In this document: positions 26,979 through 35,865 of the stretch, one piece after another
Layout of the letters: every line of letters starts with the position of its first letter
How positions within the stretch are numbered: position 1 is the first letter of the stretch
Assembly: GCA_043823065.1 (NCBI GenBank)
Contig: JBDRBB010000016.1
Span: 1 to 63,058, forward strand
DNA: 63,058 nt
Source: Pseudomonadota bacterium
GTDB taxonomy: Bacteria > UBA10199 > 2-02-FULL-44-16 > DYJF01
Direction: 5' to 3'
Translations under genes and position numbers: made by a program
The notes under the pieces: generated by a model
What the model saw: only the letters and a program-made list of their open reading frames with translations
Told to the model about the DNA's origin: nothing
Database searches by the model: none

Positions 26979-28038
26979 TACTTGTCAAAGCTTGGGCTTG
27001 ATAATACGTGCGCAAACGAGAAATGATTTCTTCTAAATCACCTTCTAAAACTTGCTGTAAATTATGCACTGTAAGATTGATGCGATGGTCTGTAATGCGA
27101 TTTTGTGGATAGTTATAAGTGCGAATTTTTTCAGAACGCTCACCAGTGCCAACCATCTGACGACGATTGGATTCCCTATCTTGATTCTGCTTTTTTTGTT
27201 CTAAATCCAAAAGGCGTGAAGACAAAATCTTTAACGCCCGTGCTTTATTTTTGTGTTGACTGCGTTCATCTTGGCACTGCACAACCATATTTGTGGGAAG
27301 ATGGGTAATACGCACTGCGGAATCTGTGGTATTAACGCCTTGCCCACCAGGCCCTGATGAGCGAAAAATATCAATGCGCAAATCTCTTTCATCAATTTGC
27401 ACTTCCACCTCATCTGCTTCAGGCAAAACCGCAACTGTGCAGGTTGAAGTGTGAATGCGACCAGAAGCTTCAGTCTTAGGAACACGCTGCACTCGATGCA
27501 CACCACCTTCATATTTTAAATTGCTATAAACCTGCTCACCAGCTATCAAAGCAATAACTTCTTTGATGCCTCCTACGCCAGTGGCGCTCTGACTCAATAT
27601 TTCAATTTTCCACTTACGACGTTCAGCAAATCTGCCATACATCCGAAACAAATCAGCAGCAAAAAGACCAGCTTCATCTCCGCCTGCGCCAGCGCGAATT
27701 TCCAAGAGAATATTTTTATTATCATTAGGATCTTTGGGCAAAAGTAAAACTTTCAGTTTGTTTTCCAAATATTCTTTTTCGTGTTTGAGCTTTTCCAATT
27801 CCTGTTTAACCATCTCTAACATTTCTGTTTCTTTTTCTGTTGCTAAAAGTTCTTTATTATCCTCAATATCATTTGCTACACGATTATGCTCTCGATAAGA
27901 TTCCACTATTTCAGCGATTTCTGATCTTTCTTTGGTTAATTTACGATAGTTATCCAAATCAGAAGCCACATTTGGATCAGCCAGCTTCTCATTGATCTCT
28001 TCGTATCGTTTTTCTATATCTGCTAATTTTTCAAACAT
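26971..28038 (-). CDS. prfA: Peptide chain release factor 1
   Basis: RVQRVPKTE (PxT motif), GPGGQGVN. Confidence 0.99.
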   Translation of the reverse strand: MFEKLADIEKRYEEINEKLADPNVASDLDNYRKLTKERSEIAEIVESYREHNRVANDIEDNKELLATEKETEMLEMVKQELEKLKHEKEYLENKLKVLLLPKDPNDNKNILLEIRAGAGGDEAGLFAADLFRMYGRFAERRKWKIEILSQSATGVGGIKEVIALIAGEQVYSNLKYEGGVHRVQRVPKTEASGRIHTSTCTVAVLPEADEVEVQIDERDLRIDIFRSSGPGGQGVNTTDSAVRITHLPTNMVVQCQDERSQHKNKARALKILSSRLLDLEQKKQNQDRESNRRQMVGTGERSEKIRTYNYPQNRITDHRINLTVHNLQQVLEGDLEEIISRLRTYYQAQALTSNG

Positions 28039-28060
28039 ATGATTGGTAGATTCAAAGTAA

Positions 28061-28096
28061 AATACCCATAAGATAAAAACTTATCTCATGGGTATT
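28061..28096 (-). terminator. Hairpin/probable terminator after rpmE
   Basis: aatacccataagataa / ttatctcatgggtatt inverted repeat; short U-run on the minus strand. Confidence 0.5.
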
Positions 28097-28116
28097 AAAA
28101 TCGCCAAATAAAACAG

Positions 28117-28353
28117 CTACTTATTTTCAGTTTTTTCCGCTTTTTTCTTATTTACCTGAGCATATTTATTCTGAAAACGCTCTACGCGACCAGCAGAATC
28201 TACAATACGCTGTTTACCAGTGAAAAAAGGATGGCAGGCTGAACAAATTTCAACACTAAAATCCTGACCCAAGGTGGAAACTGTTTTAATGGCATTTCCA
28301 CAGGTGCAATTAACTGTAATTTCACTGCTTTTTGGATGTATATTTTCTTTCAT
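28117..28353 (-). CDS. rpmE: 50S ribosomal protein L31 (zinc-binding type)
   Basis: [27 protein letters not shown]. Confidence 0.98.
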   Translation of the reverse strand: MKENIHPKSSEITVNCTCGNAIKTVSTLGQDFSVEICSACHPFFTGKQRIVDSAGRVERFQNKYAQVNKKKAEKTENK

Positions 28354-28415
28354 AAGCGCCTCCTCTTGCGATTTCCTAAAAAGTCGTGCTCAACTAACAT
28401 ACTAAGCTATTTATT

Positions 28416-29135
28416 TCAAGGATTATTACAACTTAGCCTCTCTAAAGCCTGTTTTGCGGCATCCTGCTCTGCCGCTTTTTTGCTCAAACCCTGGCCAGTG
28501 CCAAATAGATCATCCTTGATATATAGGCTGATTACAAAGGTTTTTTGGTGGTCAGGACCCTTTTGATCTACTAATTTATAGCGGGGCACAGCCCGAAATT
28601 TGCTTTGAGCAACTTCTTGCAGCCTGGTTTTATAATCCTTTTTAAACCCCTTGCCTTCTGTTGATTTAATAACTTCTTTAAAATGTTTTTGGACAAAATT
28701 ATAGGCCTTGTCATAACCGCGATCCAAGTAAATTGCGCCTAAAACAGCTTCATAGGCATCAGATAGCAAAGAAGGTTTATCTCTTCCTCCAGTACGATCT
28801 TCGCCTTTCCCCACATACATAAAATCGCCCAGCTGGATCATGCGGGCCATATTTGCAAGCTCAGATTCATTAACAATAGCTGCTCTGAGCTTGGAAAGTT
28901 CACCTTCAGGATGATTAGGAAAATGCTCCATGAGCAAATGACTAATGGATAATTCTAAAACTGCATCCCCCAAATATTCGTAACGTTCATTATGGTCATC
29001 AGCAGAAAGACCTAACTCATTGGTATAGGATTTATGAGTTAGAGCGCGTTTCAAATGAGTCCTTTTTTTGAACTTATAACCCAATTTCGCTTCAAACATT
29101 TTTAGATGCTGTTTTTCCTCTCGAGATAAAGACAT
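28416..29135 (-). CDS. rnc: Ribonuclease III
   Basis: ALTHKS, NERYEYLGDAVL, dsRBD (DYKTRLQE...SKKAAEQDAA). Confidence 0.97.
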   Translation of the reverse strand: MSLSREEKQHLKMFEAKLGYKFKKRTHLKRALTHKSYTNELGLSADDHNERYEYLGDAVLELSISHLLMEHFPNHPEGELSKLRAAIVNESELANMARMIQLGDFMYVGKGEDRTGGRDKPSLLSDAYEAVLGAIYLDRGYDKAYNFVQKHFKEVIKSTEGKGFKKDYKTRLQEVAQSKFRAVPRYKLVDQKGPDHQKTFVISLYIKDDLFGTGQGLSKKAAEQDAAKQALERLSCNNP

Positions 29136-30403
29136 TATTCCTCCAGATATATTAGCTGCTTATATTTAAGCTCCTTACTTTTTATAAATAAGGTTAAATA
29201 ATTATCACTAATCACCTTCCAACAACCATCTTTATTTGGTTTTTTGGAAATAACTATTGCTCGCACTTTTTTACCAACTTGGCTTTGATAAAATTTCTTT
29301 TTTTTCTCCTCTGAAATTTCACGTAACTCTTTGGCTCTCTCTTTTTTAATTTTATCAGAAATCTGGCCAAGCATTGTGCTAGCTAAAGTTCCAGGCCGAA
29401 TTGAATAGGGGAAAACCTGCAAATAAGATAATGGTAATCTATTTAACAGAGTTTTTGTTTCTTGAAATAATTCCTCTGTCTCTCTTGGAAAACCAACAAT
29501 GATATCCGCGCCAATTGCTAAGCCCTGAATTTCTTTTTTTATAGTTTCCAGTTTATTGATTAATTCTGCCACACCTGTTTTGCGGTTCATTAACCGCAAA
29601 ACCTCATCTGAACCGCTTTGCAAAGATAAATGTAAATGACGACACACTCGAGGATGTTTCAGTAATTCAATTAATTCATTATTAAGCTCATCAGGATCCA
29701 ATGAACTAAGCCGCAATTGAAAATCCCCTTGCTGCTTGAGTAATTTATTAATTAAACTCGGCAATGAAACTTTGGGCTGTAAATCTTGGCCATAGCGACC
29801 AATATGAATGCCAGTTAAAATAATTTCCTGAAAACCTTCTGCTAATAATTGTTGCAGCTCTGTTTCAAGATATTGGCTCAAAACGCTGCGACTTTTTCCT
29901 CTGGCCTGGGGAATGATACAATAGGCACAGCTATTATCGCACCCATCTTGAATTTTTAAAAAAGCCCGCGCCCGATGTTGTACAGCGCTGTCATCCCTAC
30001 GCGGTTTGTCATTCCCACGAAAGTGGGAATCTCCGGGATTCCCGCCTATCTTGTCATTCCCGCGAAAGCGGGAATCTAAAAGTTTTATAAGCTCCTCAAC
30101 TGAGCGCACGCCAAGAACCTGATCTACTCCTTGAATATTCTGATATTCCTGCGGCCAAAGTTCTGAACTGCACCCGCAAACAATAATTTTTGCTTGAGGG
30201 TTTTGCTTAACAAAACGCCGCACAATATTGCGTGCTTGGGCATCTGCAGCTGCGGTTACAGTGCAGGTGTTAATCACATAAATGTCAGCCTGCTCTTTTG
30301 CAGACACCACTTTCAAACCAGCTCTTAAACAAGCCTGGGCCATGAGATCACTATCATAGTGATTGGTCTTGCAACCAAATGTTGTAAAAGCTATCTTCTT
30401 CAT
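29135..30403 (-). CDS. mtaB: tRNA t6A37 methylthiotransferase (MtaB-like radical SAM)
   Basis: TFGCKTN, INTCTVT, LKIQDGCDNSCAYC, LTGIHIGRYG. Confidence 0.9.
   Translation of the reverse strand: MKKIAFTTFGCKTNHYDSDLMAQACLRAGLKVVSAKEQADIYVINTCTVTAAADAQARNIVRRFVKQNPQAKIIVCGCSSELWPQEYQNIQGVDQVLGVRSVEELIKLLDSRFRGNDKIGGNPGDSHFRGNDKPRRDDSAVQHRARAFLKIQDGCDNSCAYCIIPQARGKSRSVLSQYLETELQQLLAEGFQEIILTGIHIGRYGQDLQPKVSLPSLINKLLKQQGDFQLRLSSLDPDELNNELIELLKHPRVCRHLHLSLQSGSDEVLRLMNRKTGVAELINKLETIKKEIQGLAIGADIIVGFPRETEELFQETKTLLNRLPLSYLQVFPYSIRPGTLASTMLGQISDKIKKERAKELREISEEKKKKFYQSQVGKKVRAIVISKKPNKDGCWKVISDNYLTLFIKSKELKYKQLIYLEE
29989..30078. repeat. Cluster of TGTCATTCCCnnGAAAnnGGGAATC hairpin repeats in frame in mtaB
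   Basis: Full units at 30007-30032 and 30052-30078, partial units at 29989 and about 30035; encodes DSRFRGNDK and DSHFRGNDK. Confidence 0.85.
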
Positions 30404-31476
30404 TAAATAATCCAGCCGCCTCCTAAAACTTCATCCCCACTGTAAAATACTGCTGCTTGACCCGGTGTAATCATGAGTTGTGCCTCCTTAAACTCAACTT
30501 TAACTTTTCCATCTTGCTGAAATTCTAGCTGAGCAGGAGCTGCCTTATGCGTAGAGCGAATTTGCACTTGAATCTGCCCTGCTTTTTTTTCAACATCTGC
30601 CTTGGAACAAATTAAATGCACATCTTTAAGCAGCATGTCTTGATAATATAAATCCTGGCGATCACCTAAAATAATTCTGTTCTGCTTAGCATCAATTTGA
30701 ATCACATATTGTCTTTTACCCAAACCAAAGCCCAAACCTCGGCGTTGACCTATGGTATAAGCATGAATACCGCGATGTTTGCCTAAGATTTTACCTTGTT
30801 TATCTACAAAATCACCTGACCCGCTTATTTGATCTGGAGCATAGCCTTCCACAAACCCAGCATAATCATCATCAGTGACAAAACATATTTCCTGGCTTTC
30901 CCGCTTAGAACTGGTGGGCAAACCATGCTCTGCTGCAATTTTGCGCACTTCCGCTTTAGTTAGCTCACCAATTGGGAAAAAAGTTCTTTTAAGATTTTCT
31001 TGGGAAATAACAAACAGGAAATAAGATTGATCTTTATTTTTTTCTATACCACGGCGCAAACGCCAATGATCACCAGCTTGATCAATACAAGCATAATGGC
31101 CAGTGGCAATTGCATCTGCGCCCAAGCGTTCCAATTCATTATATAGTGCACCAAATTTTAAATATTGATTACATAAAATACAGGGCGATGGCGTGCGCGC
31201 TTGTAGATATTCAGTTACAAAAGGCTGAATTATTTTTTTTTGAAACTCCTCGCGATAATCAACTGCTACAAAGGGTATTTGCAATTTTTCGCAAACCTGC
31301 TTTGCATCCAAGCGGTCCTGGGCAGAGCAACAACTTTTTTCTCCAACACGGTGGCAACTATACAGGTGCATAGAAATACCAATCACCTCATAACCTTGCT
31401 TTTTAAGCAATAAAGCAGCCACTGAGGAATCAACGCCCCCAGAGAGACCGACTAGAATTTTCTTCTTTTTTGACAT
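30403..31476 (-). CDS. mnmA: tRNA-specific 2-thiouridylase
   Basis: SGGVDSS, PCILCN, ATGHY, KDQSYFL, ESQEICF, PGQAAVFY; likely start MSKKKK at 31476. Confidence 0.98.
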   Translation of the reverse strand: MSKKKKILVGLSGGVDSSVAALLLKKQGYEVIGISMHLYSCHRVGEKSCCSAQDRLDAKQVCEKLQIPFVAVDYREEFQKKIIQPFVTEYLQARTPSPCILCNQYLKFGALYNELERLGADAIATGHYACIDQAGDHWRLRRGIEKNKDQSYFLFVISQENLKRTFFPIGELTKAEVRKIAAEHGLPTSSKRESQEICFVTDDDYAGFVEGYAPDQISGSGDFVDKQGKILGKHRGIHAYTIGQRRGLGFGLGKRQYVIQIDAKQNRIILGDRQDLYYQDMLLKDVHLICSKADVEKKAGQIQVQIRSTHKAAPAQLEFQQDGKVKVEFKEAQLMITPGQAAVFYSGDEVLGGGWII

Positions 31477-31563
31477 ATAGACAATTGACCATGGACTATG
31501 GACCATTGACCTAACACCTTTTCATTCAGGTCTATGGTCTATGGTCAATAGTCAATGATCTAA
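31477..31563. repeat. Inverted pair of heptamer arrays (ATnGACC x5 / GGTCnAT x5)
   Basis: atagaca attgacc atggact atggacc attgacc, 17-nt spacer, ggtctat ggtctat ggtcaat agtcaat gatctaa. Confidence 0.8.
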
Positions 31564-31564
31564 C

Positions 31565-32239
31565 TCACTCTTCCTTCTTCTGTTCTAACTGTATCAGGCG
31601 GGCGTGAATTTCTTGGATACTGCGGCGGAGACCGTTAATGGCATCACTGAATGGATCTGGCAAAGTAGCGTGCGAGAGATCATAATGATGATCCTCTCCA
31701 TTGGGAATAATTTTCTCCCTACGATGCACAACTTTGCCTGGAATGCCAACTACCGTGGATAAGGCAGGCACATCATGAATGACAACTGAACATGACCCAA
31801 TCCTGCTGTCATGACCAATGCGGATGGGACCCAAGATGATCGCTCCCGCACCAATCACGACACAATTTTCAATTGTCGGATGCCTTTTGCCTTTTGACCA
31901 ACTGGTGCCTCCTAAAGTTACGCCCTGATAAATAGTTACATCATCTCCAATTTCTGTGGTTTCACCAATCACCACTCCCATACCATGATCAATAAAAAAC
32001 CTTTGCCCAATTTTGGCACCTGGATGAATCTCAATACCGGTTATCCATCTGGAAAAATGGGAAATAATCCTGGCCAAAAGCTTCAAGTGATGGTTCCATA
32101 ATCCATGCGCAACCCTATGAAATACAAGCGCATGTAGCCCAGGATAACAAAGCACGATTTCCAGCTTAGACCTGGCTGCTGGATCACGCTCAAAGATCAT
32201 CTTAAAGTCATCTTTTATAAGTCGAATAACATTTAGCAT
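31565..32239 (-). CDS. cysE: Serine O-acetyltransferase
   Basis: [39 protein letters not shown]. Confidence 0.97.
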   Translation of the reverse strand: MLNVIRLIKDDFKMIFERDPAARSKLEIVLCYPGLHALVFHRVAHGLWNHHLKLLARIISHFSRWITGIEIHPGAKIGQRFFIDHGMGVVIGETTEIGDDVTIYQGVTLGGTSWSKGKRHPTIENCVVIGAGAIILGPIRIGHDSRIGSCSVVIHDVPALSTVVGIPGKVVHRREKIIPNGEDHHYDLSHATLPDPFSDAINGLRRSIQEIHARLIQLEQKKEE

Positions 32240-32270
32240 AAATTTCGAGCCCTATTAGCACTTTTTAAAC

Positions 32271-33197
32271 TCAGGGTCCACTATTTCTTTCCCAAAAAAT
32301 TCCATCCACAAATCCCTGAATATTTTGATTTTCTTCAGCCAAAGCCAACCTTTTTTCAGCTAAAAGGCAATATTTTTCATCTAATTCAATTCCTACGTAT
32401 CTTCGCCCTAGTTTTTTGGCTACCACAGAAGTGGTTCCTGAACCTAAAAAAGGATCAAAAACCAGATCTTTTGGCTTGGAACTGGCTAAAATAACCTTGG
32501 CCAGCAGTTTTTCTGGCTTTTGAGTGGGATGTTCGGTGTTTTCAGGCATAGACCAAAAAGGCACAGTTAGATTGGTCCATAAATTTGAAGGATGAGTTAA
32601 ACGATACTTTTGTTCAGCAGTCCCTTCCCAATCCTTGGGCTTACCAGCATCATCTTTATAAGGCGCCAGCACTTTTCGTTTAACTTTTACTGCTTCTAAA
32701 TCAAAATAATATTCATCTGCCATAGTACAAAACCAGATATCTTCTGAACAATTTTTCCAATTTGCTTTAGCTCCCCGCCCTTTTTCCCTTTCCCAGGTAA
32801 TGCGGTTTTGAATCTTGAAATATTTGCTAGCAACATTATAGATTGACGGGGAAGAACGCCAGTCTCCGCAGATATAAATAGATGCTTTGGGCTTAAGCAA
32901 GCGCTTGGTTTTGCTAACCCAGGAATCAAGCCATTTTTCATAATTAGCTGCATCCATCTCATTAAATGAAGACTTGTTAAAGGTTTTGCGCATGTTGTAA
33001 GGAGGATCCACAAACATTAGATCTACAAATGCTTCTGGCAGAAAATCCAGCACCTCGAATAAATCTGCCTGAATTGTGGTGTTTTCTATATGCCTAACCA
33101 ATGCTTTAGAAGTAAGATGCTTAATTTTTTTATTTAAAACAGTTTCCTCTTCTGGATTTAAAGAAATTGTTCTATTTCTAGGTGCATTTTTTTTCAT
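32271..33197 (-). CDS. Orphan N4/N6 DNA methyltransferase (beta class)
   Basis: DPPY precedes HPTQKP and DPFLGSGTT; no adjacent endonuclease. Confidence 0.92.
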   Translation of the reverse strand: MKKNAPRNRTISLNPEEETVLNKKIKHLTSKALVRHIENTTIQADLFEVLDFLPEAFVDLMFVDPPYNMRKTFNKSSFNEMDAANYEKWLDSWVSKTKRLLKPKASIYICGDWRSSPSIYNVASKYFKIQNRITWEREKGRGAKANWKNCSEDIWFCTMADEYYFDLEAVKVKRKVLAPYKDDAGKPKDWEGTAEQKYRLTHPSNLWTNLTVPFWSMPENTEHPTQKPEKLLAKVILASSKPKDLVFDPFLGSGTTSVVAKKLGRRYVGIELDEKYCLLAEKRLALAEENQNIQGFVDGIFWERNSGP

Positions 33198-33245
33198 AAT
33201 CTATATTTATATGATAAAATCAGGTAAGTTACAAATCAAAACCAA

Positions 33246-34400
33246 ATGGACAATTGTGATGTCACAATAATAGGAGCTGGGCCAGCAGGACTGATGTGCG
33301 CAATTGAAGCAGCCAAGCGCGGCAGGAAGACTGTTGTCCTGGATCATAATAAAGTTCTTGGCCAGAAAATCCTGATATCAGGCGGTGGGCACTGCAATAT
33401 AACCAATCTTAATATAGGTTCTGAGCACTATATATCCCACAACCCTCATTTTGTTAAATCCGCGCTATCTAGATTTGCCCCACAAGATATACTTAATATG
33501 CTCAAGCTCCACCAGATTGCTTATGAAAAAAAACGTAATGGGCAAATCTTTTGCAAAGGCCCTTCGCGACATATTGTTGAACTGCTAAAAAAAGAATGTC
33601 TGTCTTTAGGGGTAAATATCAATCTTAATAATAAAATTCTATCTGTTAATTATGACTCTAACTTTATTGTAAAAACCAATAAAATGGAGATTGAGTCAGA
33701 ATCACTAGTGATGGCAACTGGCGGGTTATCGTATCCAGTCTTGGGTGCTTCTGATCTTGGCTTACAAATTGCGCGCAAATTTAAACTAAAGATTACTGAT
33801 TTAAAACCAGCCCTTGTTCCGCTGGTGTTTAGCAAGCAGGACAGGCGCATATTTTCAGCTCTGAGCGGAATATCTTTTAAAGGACGCGTGTCTTGCAAAA
33901 AAAATTCATTTACAGATGATATATTATTTACCCATTCCGGGCTTAGCGGGCCGGCCATCCTGCAAATATCCGGATATTGGGAGCCTGGAGAAGCTATTGT
34001 CATAGATTTTTTGCCGCAGATTGATCTGTACTCTGAGCTAATAAATAAGAAAATTAAATCTACCCTCTCGCATTTTCTTTCCAAAAGACTTGCTGAAGTT
34101 TTATGTGTAGAAAATCAAATAACTGAAACTATTGGCTCTTATTCCGAGATAAAAATTAAAGAGTTTTGCACAAAAATTCATCACTATAAAATAACCCCTA
34201 TTGGCACTGAAGGTTATAAAAAAGCAGAAGCCACTTTTGGCGGCGTAGATACAGCAATGATTTCTTCCAAAACAATGGAAGCCACAACAGTTAAACACTT
34301 ATATTTTATTGGTGAAGTTCTAGATGTGGTTGGTCATCTAGGCGGATATAATCTGCACTGGGCCTTTGCATCTGGTTTTGCTGCTGGACAATATGTATAG
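33246..34400 (+). CDS. NAD(P)/FAD-dependent oxidoreductase, HI0933/YhiN (BaiN) family
   Basis: GAGPAG, KILISGGGHCN, ATGGLSYP, LFTHSGLSGP, GGYNLHWAFASG. Confidence 0.93.
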   Translation: MDNCDVTIIGAGPAGLMCAIEAAKRGRKTVVLDHNKVLGQKILISGGGHCNITNLNIGSEHYISHNPHFVKSALSRFAPQDILNMLKLHQIAYEKKRNGQIFCKGPSRHIVELLKKECLSLGVNINLNNKILSVNYDSNFIVKTNKMEIESESLVMATGGLSYPVLGASDLGLQIARKFKLKITDLKPALVPLVFSKQDRRIFSALSGISFKGRVSCKKNSFTDDILFTHSGLSGPAILQISGYWEPGEAIVIDFLPQIDLYSELINKKIKSTLSHFLSKRLAEVLCVENQITETIGSYSEIKIKEFCTKIHHYKITPIGTEGYKKAEATFGGVDTAMISSKTMEATTVKHLYFIGEVLDVVGHLGGYNLHWAFASGFAAGQYV

Positions 34401-34404
34401 GTCA

Positions 34405-34465
34405 ATGCAGGAAAACTCGTCAGACAAAGCAACTTTGAAGCTTTGCCTGGCGCGACGTCTGCATG
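34405..34465. terminator. Hairpin between convergent genes
   Basis: cagacaaagc/gctttgcctg inner stem and atgcag/ctgcat outer stem. Confidence 0.35.
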
Positions 34466-34470
34466 GTGTT

Positions 34471-34980
34471 CTAACCATTCATAATTTCCTCTAGCAAAAA
34501 TTTTGTCTTTGCCGGCACCCTATTGTGCGGATAGTATTTAACAATAATATCGAAAACATCTTCAGCTTTTGTGAGTTTTAAATACGAAAGCAGAAATTTT
34601 ATGTCGTCTTTATCAAATGTATCAAATCTTGCGGAAAGGCACTTCATGGCCAGCATATAATCCGCACTGGGAGCCCAAACCCTTAAGTGCGACATATTAA
34701 AAACCTCTTCCCGCGGGGGGTCGGCATGAAAAAATCCTTTTACCGCGTCATTGAGCCAATGTTCATCTAGTCCAAATTCACGGGCAACAGCCTTGCTGGC
34801 AAATCTGATCTCTTTTGTGGGTTCAAAAATAGCATCAACGTCTTTGGTGGCAGGCCGGGCATGATACACAAGGCACATAACGGCCCCACCGCAAATGCCT
34901 ATTTCACCAACTATTTCTTTGTTTGCCAATTCTTTGTTGAGGGCTTTAAATAACTTTTTGATTAATTTTACATCCAGCAT
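34471..34980 (-). CDS. Nucleotidyltransferase (DUF6036/AbiEii-like), putative toxin
   Basis: ICGGAVM...RPATKDVDA, WLNDAV, LAMKCLSAR..DKDD. Confidence 0.75.
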   Translation of the reverse strand: MLDVKLIKKLFKALNKELANKEIVGEIGICGGAVMCLVYHARPATKDVDAIFEPTKEIRFASKAVAREFGLDEHWLNDAVKGFFHADPPREEVFNMSHLRVWAPSADYMLAMKCLSARFDTFDKDDIKFLLSYLKLTKAEDVFDIIVKYYPHNRVPAKTKFLLEEIMNG

Positions 34981-34982
34981 GC

Positions 34983-35549
34983 TTATCTCCTTGAAAGAAA
35001 ATTTCCCAAAACAAAAATTTTTCGTTTTCGGAAATGAATTGGGCTTTCTGCTATTGAAGTAGCCTTCAGATTTTCAATTTCCGAAACAAACCAAGGCCCG
35101 GTTAATGACGGAATGTTGTCACACCAATTGGGGATTTTTATTTTAAGTTCAGCGCAAAGTGTTTCTACGGTTGACGAAAGCAGGGCATTTATTTTAGCAG
35201 ATGGATTCGGCACCGGTGGCGTAGCAATATATGCTGGATCTTTTTCTCTCCTAAAAGCATCTACAAAATTAAAGAGCCATATTTTCCAAGAATTTTCTCC
35301 ATTCTCCAATATTCTTTCTGAAATTATAAAAATAGAATCTTGGGGCTGTTTAAATATTATATCCAACTGCTGGTCTATTATATCCGGCGGATAGCCCATG
35401 GCCTTGGCCACATTTTTTAAGGTAGATATTTTGGGATCGTGAACGCCGGATTCAAGAAGTTGAATTGTTCTATAGGAAAGCGAGGCCAAGGCTGCCATTG
35501 ACCTTTGAGAAACGCCTAATTTAGAACGACATTTTGCAATATTTTTCAT
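34983..35549 (-). CDS. XRE-family HTH protein, putative antitoxin/regulator
   Basis: N-terminal HTH (GVSQRSMA...IQLLESG..DPKISTL); C-terminal P.W...L..PWF and SP..FRKR.IF; 2 nt upstream of the NTase gene. Confidence 0.75.
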   Translation of the reverse strand: MKNIAKCRSKLGVSQRSMAALASLSYRTIQLLESGVHDPKISTLKNVAKAMGYPPDIIDQQLDIIFKQPQDSIFIISERILENGENSWKIWLFNFVDAFRREKDPAYIATPPVPNPSAKINALLSSTVETLCAELKIKIPNWCDNIPSLTGPWFVSEIENLKATSIAESPIHFRKRKIFVLGNFLSRR

Positions 35550-35555
35550 ATAGAT

Positions 35556-35586
35556 AATTATATAATGACATATTATAATATGTCAA
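35556..35586 (-). promoter_or_regulatory. sigma70 promoter with overlapping 20-bp palindromic operator; probable leaderless mRNA
   Basis: TTGACA-N18-TATAAT-N7-ATG on the minus strand; perfect palindrome TGACATATTATAATATGTCA at 35566-35585. Confidence 0.75.
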
Positions 35587-35772
35587 GATTTTTTAAGCAG
35601 ACTACAAACCACCTCAAACTAACACGCTGAATTTATTGGTTTTATTTTGCTCCGTCTTGTGGTGTTTCTTATTAACACCCTGAGAACTAAAGACTGTTAT
35701 TGAGGACTGAAGTCGCCAAAATGACCGGAATTTCTTTTTAGGCCAATTTTATCTAAGCATTTAATCCAATAA

Positions 35773-35825
35773 TATCAAAATGTTATAAAATTTTAGCTAA
35801 ACACCAGTTTGGCACTAATCTTGCT
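35773..35825 (+). promoter_or_regulatory. IHF site plus sigma54 promoter for ORF 35866
   Basis: TATCAAaatgTTA (35773-35785, perfect consensus) and TGGCACTAATCTTGCT (35810-35825). Confidence 0.75.
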
Positions 35826-35865
35826 TACTATAGCCCCATAAGGGGAAATCCCAGGAGGAAATATT

